The notes beneath the pieces are model-generated. The model saw only the letters and a list, made by a program, of their open reading frames with translations, was not told where the DNA came from and searched no databases. Of a stretch of 32,792 bases of DNA, positions 1 through 10,342 are shown in pieces (the first letter of the stretch is position 1; the number at the start of each line of letters is the position of its first letter). Source of the DNA: Octopus bimaculoides. Its lineage: Eukaryota. The stretch spans positions 54,735,133 to 54,767,924 of the forward strand of contig NC_068982.1 of the NCBI RefSeq assembly GCF_001194135.2, in the 5' to 3' direction. Made by a program: the position numbers and the translations under genes.

Positions 1-103
1 GTGTTTATTGTGCGAAAATATCTAAAGCTGCACGAGGCTCCGGCAGCGGGTGGCGGCGAACCCTTCTGTACACTTTCACCACAACTTTCTCTCACTCTTT
101 CTT

Positions 104-297
104 CCCGTTTCCGTTGTACCTATATTTCAATGGGCTAGCCTTGTCACACTCTGTGTCACGCAGAATCTCCCCGAGAACTACGTTAAGGGTACACGTGTCT
201 GTGGAGTGCTCAGCCACTTGCACGTTAATTTCACGAGCAGGCTGTTCCGTTGATCGGATCAACTGGAACCCTCGTCGTCGTAACCGACAGAGTGCCA
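104..297 (-). mobile_element. Dispersed SINE/LINE-like repeat (TGGCACTC...GTGCAAGTGGCTGAGCACTCC family)
   Basis: The reverse complement of 217-297 aligns closely with 27722-27802 in this window, showing it is an interspersed repeat. The family and its orientation are recalled, not verified. The three short ORFs at 50-314 lie on it and are spurious. Confidence 0.7.
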
Positions 298-1436
298 CGA
301 TATACATACAGTGAAAATTTTTATGACATTCCCAAAATTCTCCATCTGAGATTCTTATGTGAATGGATGCACACCTTTGGGTGTATGCATCAATAGTCCA
401 CCCAACAAACTAACCCAGCCACATATTTACAAACAACAGGAACTCTCTTAACTCAAAAAGTCTTGTCACTTTGTTAGCACTCGGCTTGAGCTCTCTCTAG
501 AAGAATTTAAATTAAACTCAAAGATAACTCATACATATTTATGCGTGTACCATTAAAAGCTATTTTACGTTTTGATTTCTTCCTCTACCATTTATAATTA
601 TTTATAATTACATTTTCGCTATGAAGAAAATCACATTTTTTCTGTATATTTGATAAAAACGCTCATTAATGCCGTCTTCAAAAAATATATAAACAAATTT
701 CTTCCATCCTAACGTATACAAACTATCCAATGACCATTTTACGAACACACCTACACGCACATATTTAAACACATCCTTATATATACTGCCGCACATACAA
801 TTATACATTTCTATACACATATATAAACATACTCACGTAGACTCATAAAACTTAAACACGAACGTTCCCACCCTAAACAAGTAAACGTATATAATCATAA
901 ATCTGCAATGTCATTTCAGTGCGGTTTTAACTGTTAACTTCAGTTTCAGATCACTTAGTTCGTTCAGTTGTAGTAGATTGAAGATTTTAGTGTATTAAAT
1001 AATGGTAATAAAACCTTAATGACTTTAATATAAGAAACTTTAGTAATAAAAGCTTCGGCATGTTATCTCTTCAAACATCTGAATTATGAAACACATTGTA
1101 TATTGTAGCTGTTGCACAATTCTTTGCATTCATTTTGTCGTTGTTAAAACTCTACACTAACCACTAGCCTTATTTCTATAAAAAGAGATTCCCGATATGT
1201 AGTTTGCCTATTATTAGTAGTTTTAATACATGTTTTTGTGTTTACTAGCAATTTCTCATATTGTAAAAGTTTTATTGTATTCTAATAATCTTAATAATTC
1301 AGCAAGGAAAACAAATCACATATTTTATCTTAGTCTGACTTCGGAAAAATATTGCATATTCATATTTGATATTACTAATGGATTGCACATTGTTTTATAC
1401 CGGGAATAAGAAAGACTTTGCATCATTGAAATATAG

Positions 1437-1551
1437 GTATGTGGTTAGACGAATGCATGACACATTAGGCAAGTGCCTTATACTATAGCCGCGGGCCGAC
1501 AAATACCTTGTGAGTGGATTTAGTAGACGGAAACTGAAAGAAGCTCATCGT
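1437..1551 (+). mobile_element. tRNA-derived SINE family A, degraded 5' half
   Basis: Contains GGCAAGTGCCTTATACTATAGCC...CCTTGTGAGTGGATTTAGTAGACGGAAACTGAAAGAAGC followed by (TA)n. The same motif occurs inverted at 6084-6130 and 14875-14910. Confidence 0.8.
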
Positions 1552-2145
1552 ATATATATATATGGGGGGGGGTGCATGCGTGTGTGTATGTGTGCATTTG
1601 CTGGCCTTAAGCCAAAATTTGAAACTATTATTATAATGATTGAATATCAAAATATTTTGTCGTACATCTAGTCACAGAGACTTTATTCTGCTACATACTG
1701 TAATGCAAAACAAAATAGTATTATATCGATGATACAGGTCTCAGATATACGACAGAAGACCTCGATGCATAATAATACATATCAATAATTCAACATAAAA
1801 CAAACGTAATTATTAGTATAATTATTAGTATAATTAATATTTTTATTTTAAAAACAAACAATATTTTAATTAAGCTTAAATTATAGATCTCAGTTTGAGG
1901 AATTTCATGGTATCAATCTCATTGCAATGAAGCTTGAAAAGAATAAAGTTATAAGAGTTTGCTTCTTAAATTTGAGGTTGATAATATAGTCCTATATTTT
2001 TTTTATAAATATAGTTTTATAAGGGGACTTTTAATATATGTCACCGGCGTCACTGGGGTAAGGAAAATTTTTTTAACGACACCGCTACTTGAAACATTTG
2101 ACACATTATTAATTAGCATAATTGCATAGCCTGGAAAAAACATGG

Positions 2146-2990
2146 ATTACATGGAAAAATGCAAATTAGAGAAATAATATTCTTAAGATTATAAACCTGG
2201 AAAATTCTAGGACAAGTTATTACACTTGGAAAAGTTCAGGACAACTTATTACATCTGGTAAAGTACAGAAGAAGAAAATTTTTACTTAAAATATTGCAGC
2301 TAAGAATAAAATTTGGATATTAAAAATTATTTAGAAAAAGGTACATCATTTTGCTAAAATATTGACACATTAGAATACTTAAAAAATGAGAGCCAGAAGT
2401 ACCAATATAGCTAAAGTTTTCTGCAAAGTAGAATAGTATATATGGTAGGCAAATTCATTATGTAAAAAGTAGGCATTGGATCAAGACTTGGCAATAACTT
2501 AAGCAATAACTCAAGCAAATTTTACTGTGAAGTTGTTATTATAGGTAGATTTTACTGTAATACATAACTCATTTTTGTATTATCTTATTTATTGTACTAA
2601 CTAATTATGTACTACTATTATTCTTTATAACCTATTTTCAAATTTCTTATTATTAATTAATGATTAAAAATGAATTTTTTAAAGTACAAAAATTATTTTG
2701 AGTTATTTTTTATTTTTAATAGGAGTAGCAAGTAATAAACAAAATAGAAGTAATAACTTGTATTAAAATTTTTAATTTTAATAAAAACTAACATTTTCTA
2801 AATCTAAATATTTTATTTCAAATTTTATCCTTAGCTGCAATATTTTAAGTAAAAATTTTCTTGTTCTCTGTACTTTACCAGATGTAATAAGTTGCCCTGA
2901 ATTTTTCCAAGTGTAATGACTTGTCCTGTAATTTTCCAGGTTTATAATCTTAAGAATATTATTTCTCTTGCTCGCATTTTTCCATGTAAT
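2146..2990. mobile_element. Foldback/MITE-like element with long (~170-190 bp) imperfect terminal inverted repeats
   Basis: 2146-2315 is the reverse complement of 2821-2990 at roughly 90% identity by hand alignment (ATTACATGGAAAAATGC...GCATTTTTCCATGTAAT). Weaker pairing extends to ~2338 and ~2795. The AT-rich spacer has no ORF, and I found no clear TSD. Confidence 0.85.
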
Positions 2991-3015
2991 ATAAGTTTTG
3001 TATAGTCTGTTGAGT

Positions 3016-3321
3016 GAAGGCTCAAGGCTCAGTAGTTAGAGAGTGGATCTCACAATCATGAGGTAATGAGTTCGATTCTCGGACCGGGCTGTGTGTTGTG
3101 TTCTTGAGCAAGACATTTTATTTCACATTGCTCCAGTTCACTCGTCGCTGGTACCAAGTTGTATCGGTATTTGCCTTTCTCTTGGATAACAATGACAGCG
3201 TAGAGAGTGGAGACTGGTATGCATGGGCGACTGCTGTCTTCCATAAACAACCTTTCCTAGATTTGTGCTTCGGAGGGGAACTTTCTGCAATCTCTTGGTT
3301 ATTCATGACTGAAAGGGGTCT
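3016..3321 (+). mobile_element. tRNA-derived SINE family B with CORE-like central domain
   Basis: A-box-like GGCTCAGTAGTT (~3026) and B-box GAGTTCGATTCTC (~3069), then TGTGTTGTGTTCTTGAGCAAGACA (CORE-like) and a body to ~3321. The overlapping ORFs at 3056-3334 are spurious. Confidence 0.75.
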
Positions 3322-4424
3322 ATTGAAAAATTGATTGTTTGAATAAATATATACAATGCATTCATATTTTGTATAGAAAATCTTAAGAAAATTTATAGTG
3401 CTTTACGCCAACTCATTATTCAGATTGGCCGCCAACTACAAAAAATGTATACTCATCATAGAAGACCGCATCAGCCTTGAAGGTGTGAGCAATGTTTCTT
3501 AAAAGTAAATACAGAAATAAATGATAATGTAGCAACGATGTGTCCAAAAATCTAACACCATTCAATTCTACCATTCTTTTCATATATATTGTTGTGCATT
3601 ATTTATGGCAGAAACGAGTAGCAAACTTGATTAGAACGAACAGATATGCTGGCAATAATAGTTAACTCCTCTCTATTGGGTTTCCTTATCTTCAGCTACA
3701 CTGAATTATATAATTGACTATTCTTGCCAATGAATATATATAATTACAAAATAAATAGCAAATTGTGCAAAATAAACATCAAGATCCTAAAATTTGTAGC
3801 ATGTCAAACATCAGCATAATAAACCAAAATGCCTGACACCCTTTTCATGATAATGTATATATCATGTCATCATGGCCCACAAAACAACAAATTCACCTCT
3901 CAGCTCATTGATCGAAAGATAATATAGCTCTTATTGAGTTACATAGTTATCTCTAATAATCTTGGTAAGTACACTTACTTTAAAATTGGGTTCCGAGGTG
4001 TATTGTTTCATCCCAGATATTTCGGTTACAAAGTAAGTAGTTGAACTGCTTACTTTCGTGTGATCAAATCATGCAGCTCCATGGTTTCTAATATATATGC
4101 TATAAGAAGAGATTCCTCAGAATATCATTTATACACTAACTCAATCTTTCAATCTCTGGACTGTCTTCATCAGTCCGTTGATTATTTCACTAAGGTCCAT
4201 TGATTATTTTTCGTTAATAGTACAAATATCTTATAGAGAAACTGGAAGGGAAAGGTTTATGCTTTTCGAGAAAAATCAGTGGTATTATTACAGTGAATTA
4301 ATTTCGATTGAGTTGAGGGCTAACACTATGCCACAATTTCGATTGTCTAAGGTCTAATATTTTGAATTGCAGCATTCATCAATGTCCGGGGAAATTATCA
4401 TACCCCGATAGTTTTCAGACATTG

Positions 4425-4626
4425 ATTTGAAATTTTGGTACACGCCCAGCAATTTTGGGGGAGTGAGTAAGTCGATTATATCGACCCCTGTATTCAGCTG
4501 GTACTTGTTTATCGACCACAAAAGGATGAAAAACAAAGTCGACGTCGACGGAGCTTAAACGTAAAGGCGGACGAAATGTTGTTAATAATTTTGCACGGTG
4601 TGCTGGGTCTGCCAGCTCACCACCCA
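4425..4626 (-). mobile_element. tRNA-derived SINE family C
   Basis: The reverse complement reads GGTGGTGAGCTGGCAG...GTCGACTTTGTTTTTCATCC...GTCGATAAACAAGTACCAG...GGGGTCGATATAATCGAC...CCCCCAAAATT, colinear with the intact copy at 29182-29399. Confidence 0.85.
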
Positions 4627-4724
4627 GTTTAAGAAATATTGTCTCCGTAAATGACACCCATGAATCTACCATTGAAGAAGACGTACAATCCATGCGAAAA
4701 GTTTCAATATAGTTCCCGCTTACT

Positions 4725-4900
4725 CAGTTTCACTCACAACTCTTGGCTCACCCCCTTTGTGGAAGAACACTCGCCCAACATACTGCGCATTGACTTTAGA
4801 CTTGGTACCAGGTAACAGCTAAATGAACTTCTTAACTACACATCCAAGTCAATGCTCAAGTTAACCAGGTTTTGCGAAGGGCACCAATCATCGTTACCGA
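4725..4900 (-). pseudogene. Possible highly decayed Tc1/mariner transposase fragment
   Basis: A minus-strand frame reads KKFI*LLPGTKSKVNAQYVGRVF, reminiscent of the PGxKVNAxYY motif between the first and second catalytic Asp of Tc1-like transposases. It is broken by stops. Confidence 0.25.
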
Positions 4901-5197
4901 CTCCTTTAAAATCTTTGCAGCTGGTAACATTTTTGGATAATTCTCTTATTATGATATATCAAATAATTAACTACAATCGTTGATGTTTCTGAAACTTCAG
5001 TGAAACTAAAATATTAGAAACCATTTCTTTTAAAAAATCAACAATACTGCATAATAGTGGTGAATTCTTTCTGTCAGTTCGTCTTTCTAAAAAACAAATT
5101 AGAGTTTCCTGAATCCTGATGATATGATTTTTCATATCACCACTTCATCTCACTACATCAATCAAAATCTCATCCTATTGACGTGTCTCTTGTATAT

Positions 5198-5203
5198 AGC
5201 TCT

Positions 5204-5256
<53 letters not shown>
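5198..5256. repeat. (TA)n microsatellite
   Basis: Seen directly. Confidence 0.95.
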
Positions 5257-5259
<3 letters not shown>

Positions 5260-5262
<3 letters not shown>

Positions 5263-5400
5263 TTATATATAACGATGACCACTAAAGTGGACATTTAATG
5301 TGCTAGAAGAAGATCACATGCTGTGTCTGCTATGACCTAATAGTTCTCAAAAGAAATTCAGCGAAATACCAAACCGTATGCGGCAAGACAGTGAAAATTA
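5260..5400. repeat. Direct repeat copy 1 (~140 bp)
   Basis: TGTTTATATATAACGATGACCACTAAAGTGGAC...GCAAGACAGTGAAAATTA recurs at 5812-5953 with ~6-7 differences. Confidence 0.95.
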
Positions 5401-5424
5401 CATAATAAAATTAAAACATTGTTA

Positions 5425-5488
5425 TTCGTGTACCGGTTTCGGAATTAAAATTCTCTTACCGAGAATATCTGTTCCTCTTCAGCACGAA
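5425..5488 (-). ncRNA. Type I hammerhead ribozyme (minimal, palindromic stem III)
   Basis: Minus strand reads UUCGUG-CUGAAGA-GGAA(cagatAUUCUCggtaaGAGAAUtttaa)UUCC-GAAA-CCG-GUA-CACGAA. It has a 6-bp stem I, an intact CUGANGA/GAAA core, a G10.1-C11.1 pair, a GUA cleavage triplet and a self-complementary ACCGGU stem III. Confidence 0.85.
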
Positions 5489-5811
5489 CTGCAAGGAAAT
5501 TATAATTCTCAGAATCTTATACAAGTTGTTCACCCCTAGAGGCGAACGTGTATATTGTTCTGCTAATTACAACGTACTGGTAAAAATCAAATGTCTTCGT
5601 TTTGGCGCGCTAATTCCGGAAATATCTCTGAAGAAAATGGTTACTGCGTAGCATATATCCAATTTGAGAAATTGGTTATGGTTAATCAAATTAAAACATA
5701 GGGTAAAAATCAGATATTAATTAATATCGATTTATTACCAGGAAGCTAGCACATTGAAAGAATCAGAGAGATTCAGAAAAAATATCTGAGATCTTAGGGG
5801 ATTAATGTATA

Positions 5812-5953
5812 TGTTTATATATGACGATGACCACTAAAGTGGACATTTAATATGCTAGAAGAAGATCACATGTTGTGTCTACTAAGACCTAATAGTTCTC
5901 ACAAGAAATTCAGCGAAATACCAAACCGTATGCGGGCAAGACAGTGAAAATTA
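5812..5953. repeat. Direct repeat copy 2 (~140 bp)
   Basis: Second copy of 5260-5400, offset 552 bp, ending in (TA)n next to the N-gap at 5967-5976. Confidence 0.95.
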
Positions 5954-5976
5954 TATATATATATATNNNNNNNNNN

Positions 5977-6248
5977 GGTCATCTTTTCTCGAACCACTAA
6001 GGTACGGGGACACGAATAAACCAACACCGGTTGTCAAGCGTGTTGGTTTGTTTAGGAACACAAGGACACACACACATTTTTATACGACGGGCTTCTTTCA
6101 GTTTCCGTCTACCAAATCCACTCACAAGGTTGTGGCTGCCTTGGACCCATAGCAGAGGACATTTTGACCAAGGTGCCATGCAGTGGGATTGGGCCCGAAG
6201 CCATGTGGTTGGGAAGCAAGCTTCTTACCACACATCCACACCTGCGCT
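5977..6248 (-). mobile_element. tRNA-derived SINE family A
   Basis: The reverse complement begins GCGCAGGTGTGGATGTGTGGTAAGAAGCTTGCTTCCCAACC (cf. 11248 +). It continues through the TTGTGAGTGGATTTGGTAGACGGAAACTGAAAGAAGCCCGTCG core and the CTTGACAACCGGTGTTGG tail, cut by the gap. Confidence 0.85.
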
Positions 6249-6588
6249 CATTTGTCTAGTTGAATATTTGTGTGACTGTATTTGTATGTCTGTTAGATAC
6301 AAGTATAGCTGAATGTATAAATCTGTTTCGCAATCTTGAGGTTCCAAGTTTAATCCCACAGCTAGGTAAGGTAGGCAAATGCGTTTAATGCACATATGCA
6401 AATTGGACACAGATGCATTTTTCCCTTTTTTTTTATTTCAGTCTCGATTATATCCGAGCCTTAAGACTGATATTAAGTCGATAGACTCTGTGGTAGTCCG
6501 CAGTCGGATGGACTGGAATAACTGTATTTCAAAATGCCAGATTTGTCAAACAGTTTTTCCAGCTGACTCTGCTTGAAGATTACATTAA

Positions 6589-6644
6589 GTGTTAGTGAAA
6601 TACTATGCTTGCACTAAATTGTAAGCATAGTATTTCACTGACAC
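6589..6644 (+). other. 56-nt near-perfect hairpin (25-bp stem, 6-nt loop)
   Basis: GTGTTAGTGAAATACTATGCTTGCA-CTAAAT-TGTAAGCATAGTATTTCACTGACAC. There are 23 Watson-Crick pairs, and the other 2 positions form G-U pairs on the + strand RNA. Confidence 0.9.
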
Positions 6645-7533
6645 CACCTAATATAAGCAGTTTAGATGATCGATCAAAAGATCTATTTGCTAAAGTAAAC
6701 CACATGCGCATGACAGTGTATACCTGTCTGAAGTCATAAAATTTTCTTCCCGTGTTTTGTAGTAGTTATAACACCAGATTATTGTTTGCGTATCAATGAA
6801 CCCCTTTATTTCCACTCTCAACTAATGACATTCTCTATTTTCCAAACCGTCTCTAAAAATTTAATTTCTTTAATTATTCTGAAATCTAATCATCAGTTTA
6901 AACTCTGAAACGTAGTCATCGTCTGCTATGTAGACGACATAGATCATTACCGTTATTTGTTTGGTTACCCAGTGTTTCATGATAAATTGTTTGATAAAAA
7001 TAACAATAGAGCGGGTATGGCCAACTTTTTTTTCGAATTCAAATTCCTGCAGTGATTGACATTGACCTTTCTTGTGGGGATCCAAGAATTTGATATAAGG
7101 GATCGCTTTTGTCAGTACTACTCCTCTTAGAATGTGTAGCTAAAAATAGGCAAAGATAGAGCTATTACTCTCTATATACGAACCACTTTTCCCACCATGC
7201 TTGAACAATCGTTTCGGAATCTATTTCCCATTAGTGTATCTTCGTAGGCTTTAACGTTCATATTTTGATTTAAAAGAAATACATTTTTTTTATAACTTCT
7301 TTTGAGAGAGTAAAATCACGAGTTACAGGCGAGAGAAAATTAAATGTACATTTTGAGTTATGAGAATTTAAATATTTTTTATTCTTTGTTTATAAATGCA
7401 TTTAGATCATGTATACTATTTTCATATTTCTTTTATCGACCAACATGTGATGAAAAACGAACCTGCCTAGAAAGGGAATCAAATTTGAAAACTCAAAAAC
7501 AACAGTTACCGAATCCATTATATTTGCGATAAG

Positions 7534-7915
7534 TAAGGCAGTGAACTGGCGGAGTCGTTACGCTGCCAGACAGAATGCTTAGCGACATTTTATCAGTCTC
7601 TACGCTCTGCGTTCAAATGCAGTCTAGGTTGACTTTGCCTTTCATATTTCTGAGATCAAGAAAATAAGTTGCTGAACTTGTGACAAAATTCGACAACGTT
7701 TTAAGTCGATAAGCTGCCGAATCGTTACCACGTTGGACAAATTTTTTACTGACATTTCTTCCGGATCTTTCTTTACTTTCCCATTTCAAATACCACTGAG
7801 GTTGACGTTACCTTTCATCTTTTCGGAGTCAATAAAACAAGTACCAGTCAAGTATTGGGGTCGGTTCATCGACTTCTACCACCTCTCAAAATTGTTGGCC
7901 TTGTCCCAAGATTGT
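7534..7915 (+). mobile_element. Two tandem degraded copies of SINE family C
   Basis: 7534-7680 (GCAGTGAACTGGCGG...GACTTTGCCTTTCAT) and ~7703-7915 (...TTTCATCTTTTCGGAGTCAATAAAACAAGTACCAG...TTGGCCTTGTCCC) match 29182-29399 in motif order. Confidence 0.7.
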
Positions 7916-8759
7916 ATCTGCGGTAAACGAGAAATGATAAAACTGCGTCAGTAATAGCTTTAAAAAAAATCTCAAACCATTTATCAAAATGACACGGAAT
8001 CAAATTAAATATTCAGGACATATACATAACATTGGTTACGTTGCTTTCGTCCTAGAATTACTTTTCAAAGACTTATTGCACCGAAAATTCTACAGTTAAT
8101 TTATAATATAATTTTGCCGTTTGATTCTACACATTTTCATCTGAAGCCATTCCTAATTCATTTTCTGCTTCAGAAAGTTTTTCAGTTTCTTTATTTCTTT
8201 CTTTATAATCGTTTATTTATTAATCTGTTGTTAGTTTTGTTGGCTGTTACTTAAAGGAATACAGTCAATGTCACGAGCTTAATAAATTGCTTCATAGCTT
8301 TTGATCTTCAACACTATTTTCATGTTTTCTTCTCATTTTTTTTATTTTCGTGTTACGTTCAGTGATATGTGTATATGATGCACATGTTTAAATTGAACGA
8401 ATGTGGTCATTAAGCTTTCACTTTTATATTATACTATGGAAGACTGTAAGGAATAAAATGTATGACTTAAAGGTTTGATTTCTGTTTAGTTACATATTTA
8501 GGAGTCGGTTATTTATTTACTTATTGAATTTATTTACCGATACTGTTGTACATAGGGTAAATGTGTTTGAAAGTAGTGATTTCTTTGGTACGTTTGTTCC
8601 AAAACAACACTTATTTTAATGCTGTTGACACCGCCGAATTGAATGGTACTGCCCAGGTGTCGAAACTATAATGATATCCGTGAGGCAGCTGATGAAGATA
8701 TGTTAGATTGTTAGTATGGGTGTTTTTGTATATATGGAATAGTATTATAACACTTCCTT

Positions 8760-8761
<2 letters not shown>

Positions 8762-8840
<79 letters not shown>

Positions 8841-8960
8841 ACACGCACGCACATATGTCTATACACACGCACAAACATATATGTATATATATGTGTGTGT
8901 GTGTATGTGTATATGTATATATAATACAGACACACATACGCACATGCTCATGCATATAAA
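8762..8960. repeat. (TA)n plus TG/CA compound microsatellite
   Basis: Seen directly. It accounts for the IYIYIY ORFs at 8611-9081. Confidence 0.95.
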
Positions 8961-9107
8961 TGTACGCGTGCTTATATGTGCGTGCGAGCGTGGGGAGGTT
9001 TGGTTTCGGGTGGGTGTGGGTGTTGGTATGCGCACTTGTTATTAAAGCTGAAGCCAATAAATGAAAAAAGAAAACTTGCATTCATTTAGCATAAACAATA
9101 AATGACA

Positions 9108-9330
9108 TCTATATATATAAAAATGAGAATGTGTGTGTGTGTGTGTGTCTGTCTGTCTGTCTATGTGTGTGAATCCCTAAAACTCGAGAACTACGCAACC
9201 AATTTCATTCAAATTTTACACATGCCTTACTTAGGGTTCCAGTTGTGTTTTAGTAAAAAAAAAATTATTAGCTTCTTGCAGAGTTCGAGCACACGGCAAC
9301 ATAATATCTCCTCCACTATTTAAGTATTGC
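9108..9330 (+). mobile_element. Non-autonomous Helitron-like 5' end
   Basis: A|TCTATATATATAAAA is followed by (GT)n(CTGT)n and ...CAACCAATTTCATTCAAATTTTACAC, the usual 5' architecture of invertebrate non-autonomous Helitrons. I could not locate the 3' CTAG end. Confidence 0.55.
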
Positions 9331-9439
9331 GTGTCAAAAGTGAAACAAAAACACTGTCAAATACTTTCACTTTAAAAATGAAACTATTCCACTAACTGAA
9401 ACAATCACATTTCGATACTGTAGTGACAGATACTTTCAC

Positions 9440-9703
9440 AGAGAGAGAAAGAGAGAAAGAGAGAGACAGAAAGANNNNNNNNNNNNNNNNNNNNNNNNNN
9501 NNNNNNNNNNNNNNNNNNNNNNNNNNNNNNNNNNNNNNNNNNNNNNNNNNNNNNNNNNNNNNNNNNNNNNNNNNNNNNNNNNNNNNNNNNNNNNNNNNNN
9601 NNNNNNNNNNNNNNNNNNNNNNNNNNNNNNNNNNNNNNNNNNNNNNNNNNNNNNNNNNNNNNNNNNNNNNNNNNNNNNNNNNNNNNNNNNNNNNNNNNNN
9701 NNN

Positions 9704-9744
<41 letters not shown>

Positions 9745-9955
9745 TGTATATGTATACATATAGATGTACACGTATATGTATATATATATAGATCTATACA
9801 TACATGTATATGTATACATATGTGTAGATGTATATATATATATATAGATGTACATGTAATATGTACACATATATACATATATACATGCATACAGATATCT
9901 ATACATATATACACCCATCACACACACATACACATGCACACAAACACACACATTA
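9440..9955. repeat. (GA)n tract spanning an N-gap, then (TA/TACA)-rich low-complexity DNA
   Basis: Seen directly. The gap is 9475-9703. Confidence 0.9.
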
Positions 9956-10292
9956 GTCATTTGTTTTCTTATCCAAAACTACGTCAAAAGTTCTGAATGG
10001 ATCTTTATGAAATTTGGAAATTATATTCTTTGCATAACGGCCATAACTCCCATGAAAATTCATATATTTTTGATGTTGATGAAATTTTAACCCGAACGCC
10101 TGTATAGTTGCAGGTAACCAAAATCTTGTCAGCGTTTATATTTGAGGCCGCCTGCTAACACAATCGCTAACACATGGACAGGAAAGAGAAAAAAAATACC
10201 CTAATGCTTACGAACGAATATGAAATTTATTGATTTCATATTTTGGCACAAGGCCAGCAATATCGGGGGAAGGAGCTAAGTCGATTACATAC

Positions 10293-10342
<50 letters not shown>

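Noticed and set aside
4030-4056. 12-bp hairpin AAAGTAAGTAGT-TGA-ACTGCTTACTTT
   Set aside because: Too short and AT-rich to distinguish from chance, with no associated element ends.
4143-4185. Minus-strand CTGATGA...GAAA spacing resembling a third hammerhead
   Set aside because: Stem II does not close next to GAAA and stems I and III do not pair. At best it is a dead remnant.
4415-4693. 92-aa ORF with a DVD motif that first suggested a nucleotidyltransferase (Mab-21/cGAS-like)
   Set aside because: Most of it is the reverse strand of a family C SINE (GTCGACTTTG motif), and the frame is closed by stops just upstream.
5112-5140. CTGATGA followed by a GATATGA/CATATC hairpin
   Set aside because: No GAAA core follows, so it is not a hammerhead.
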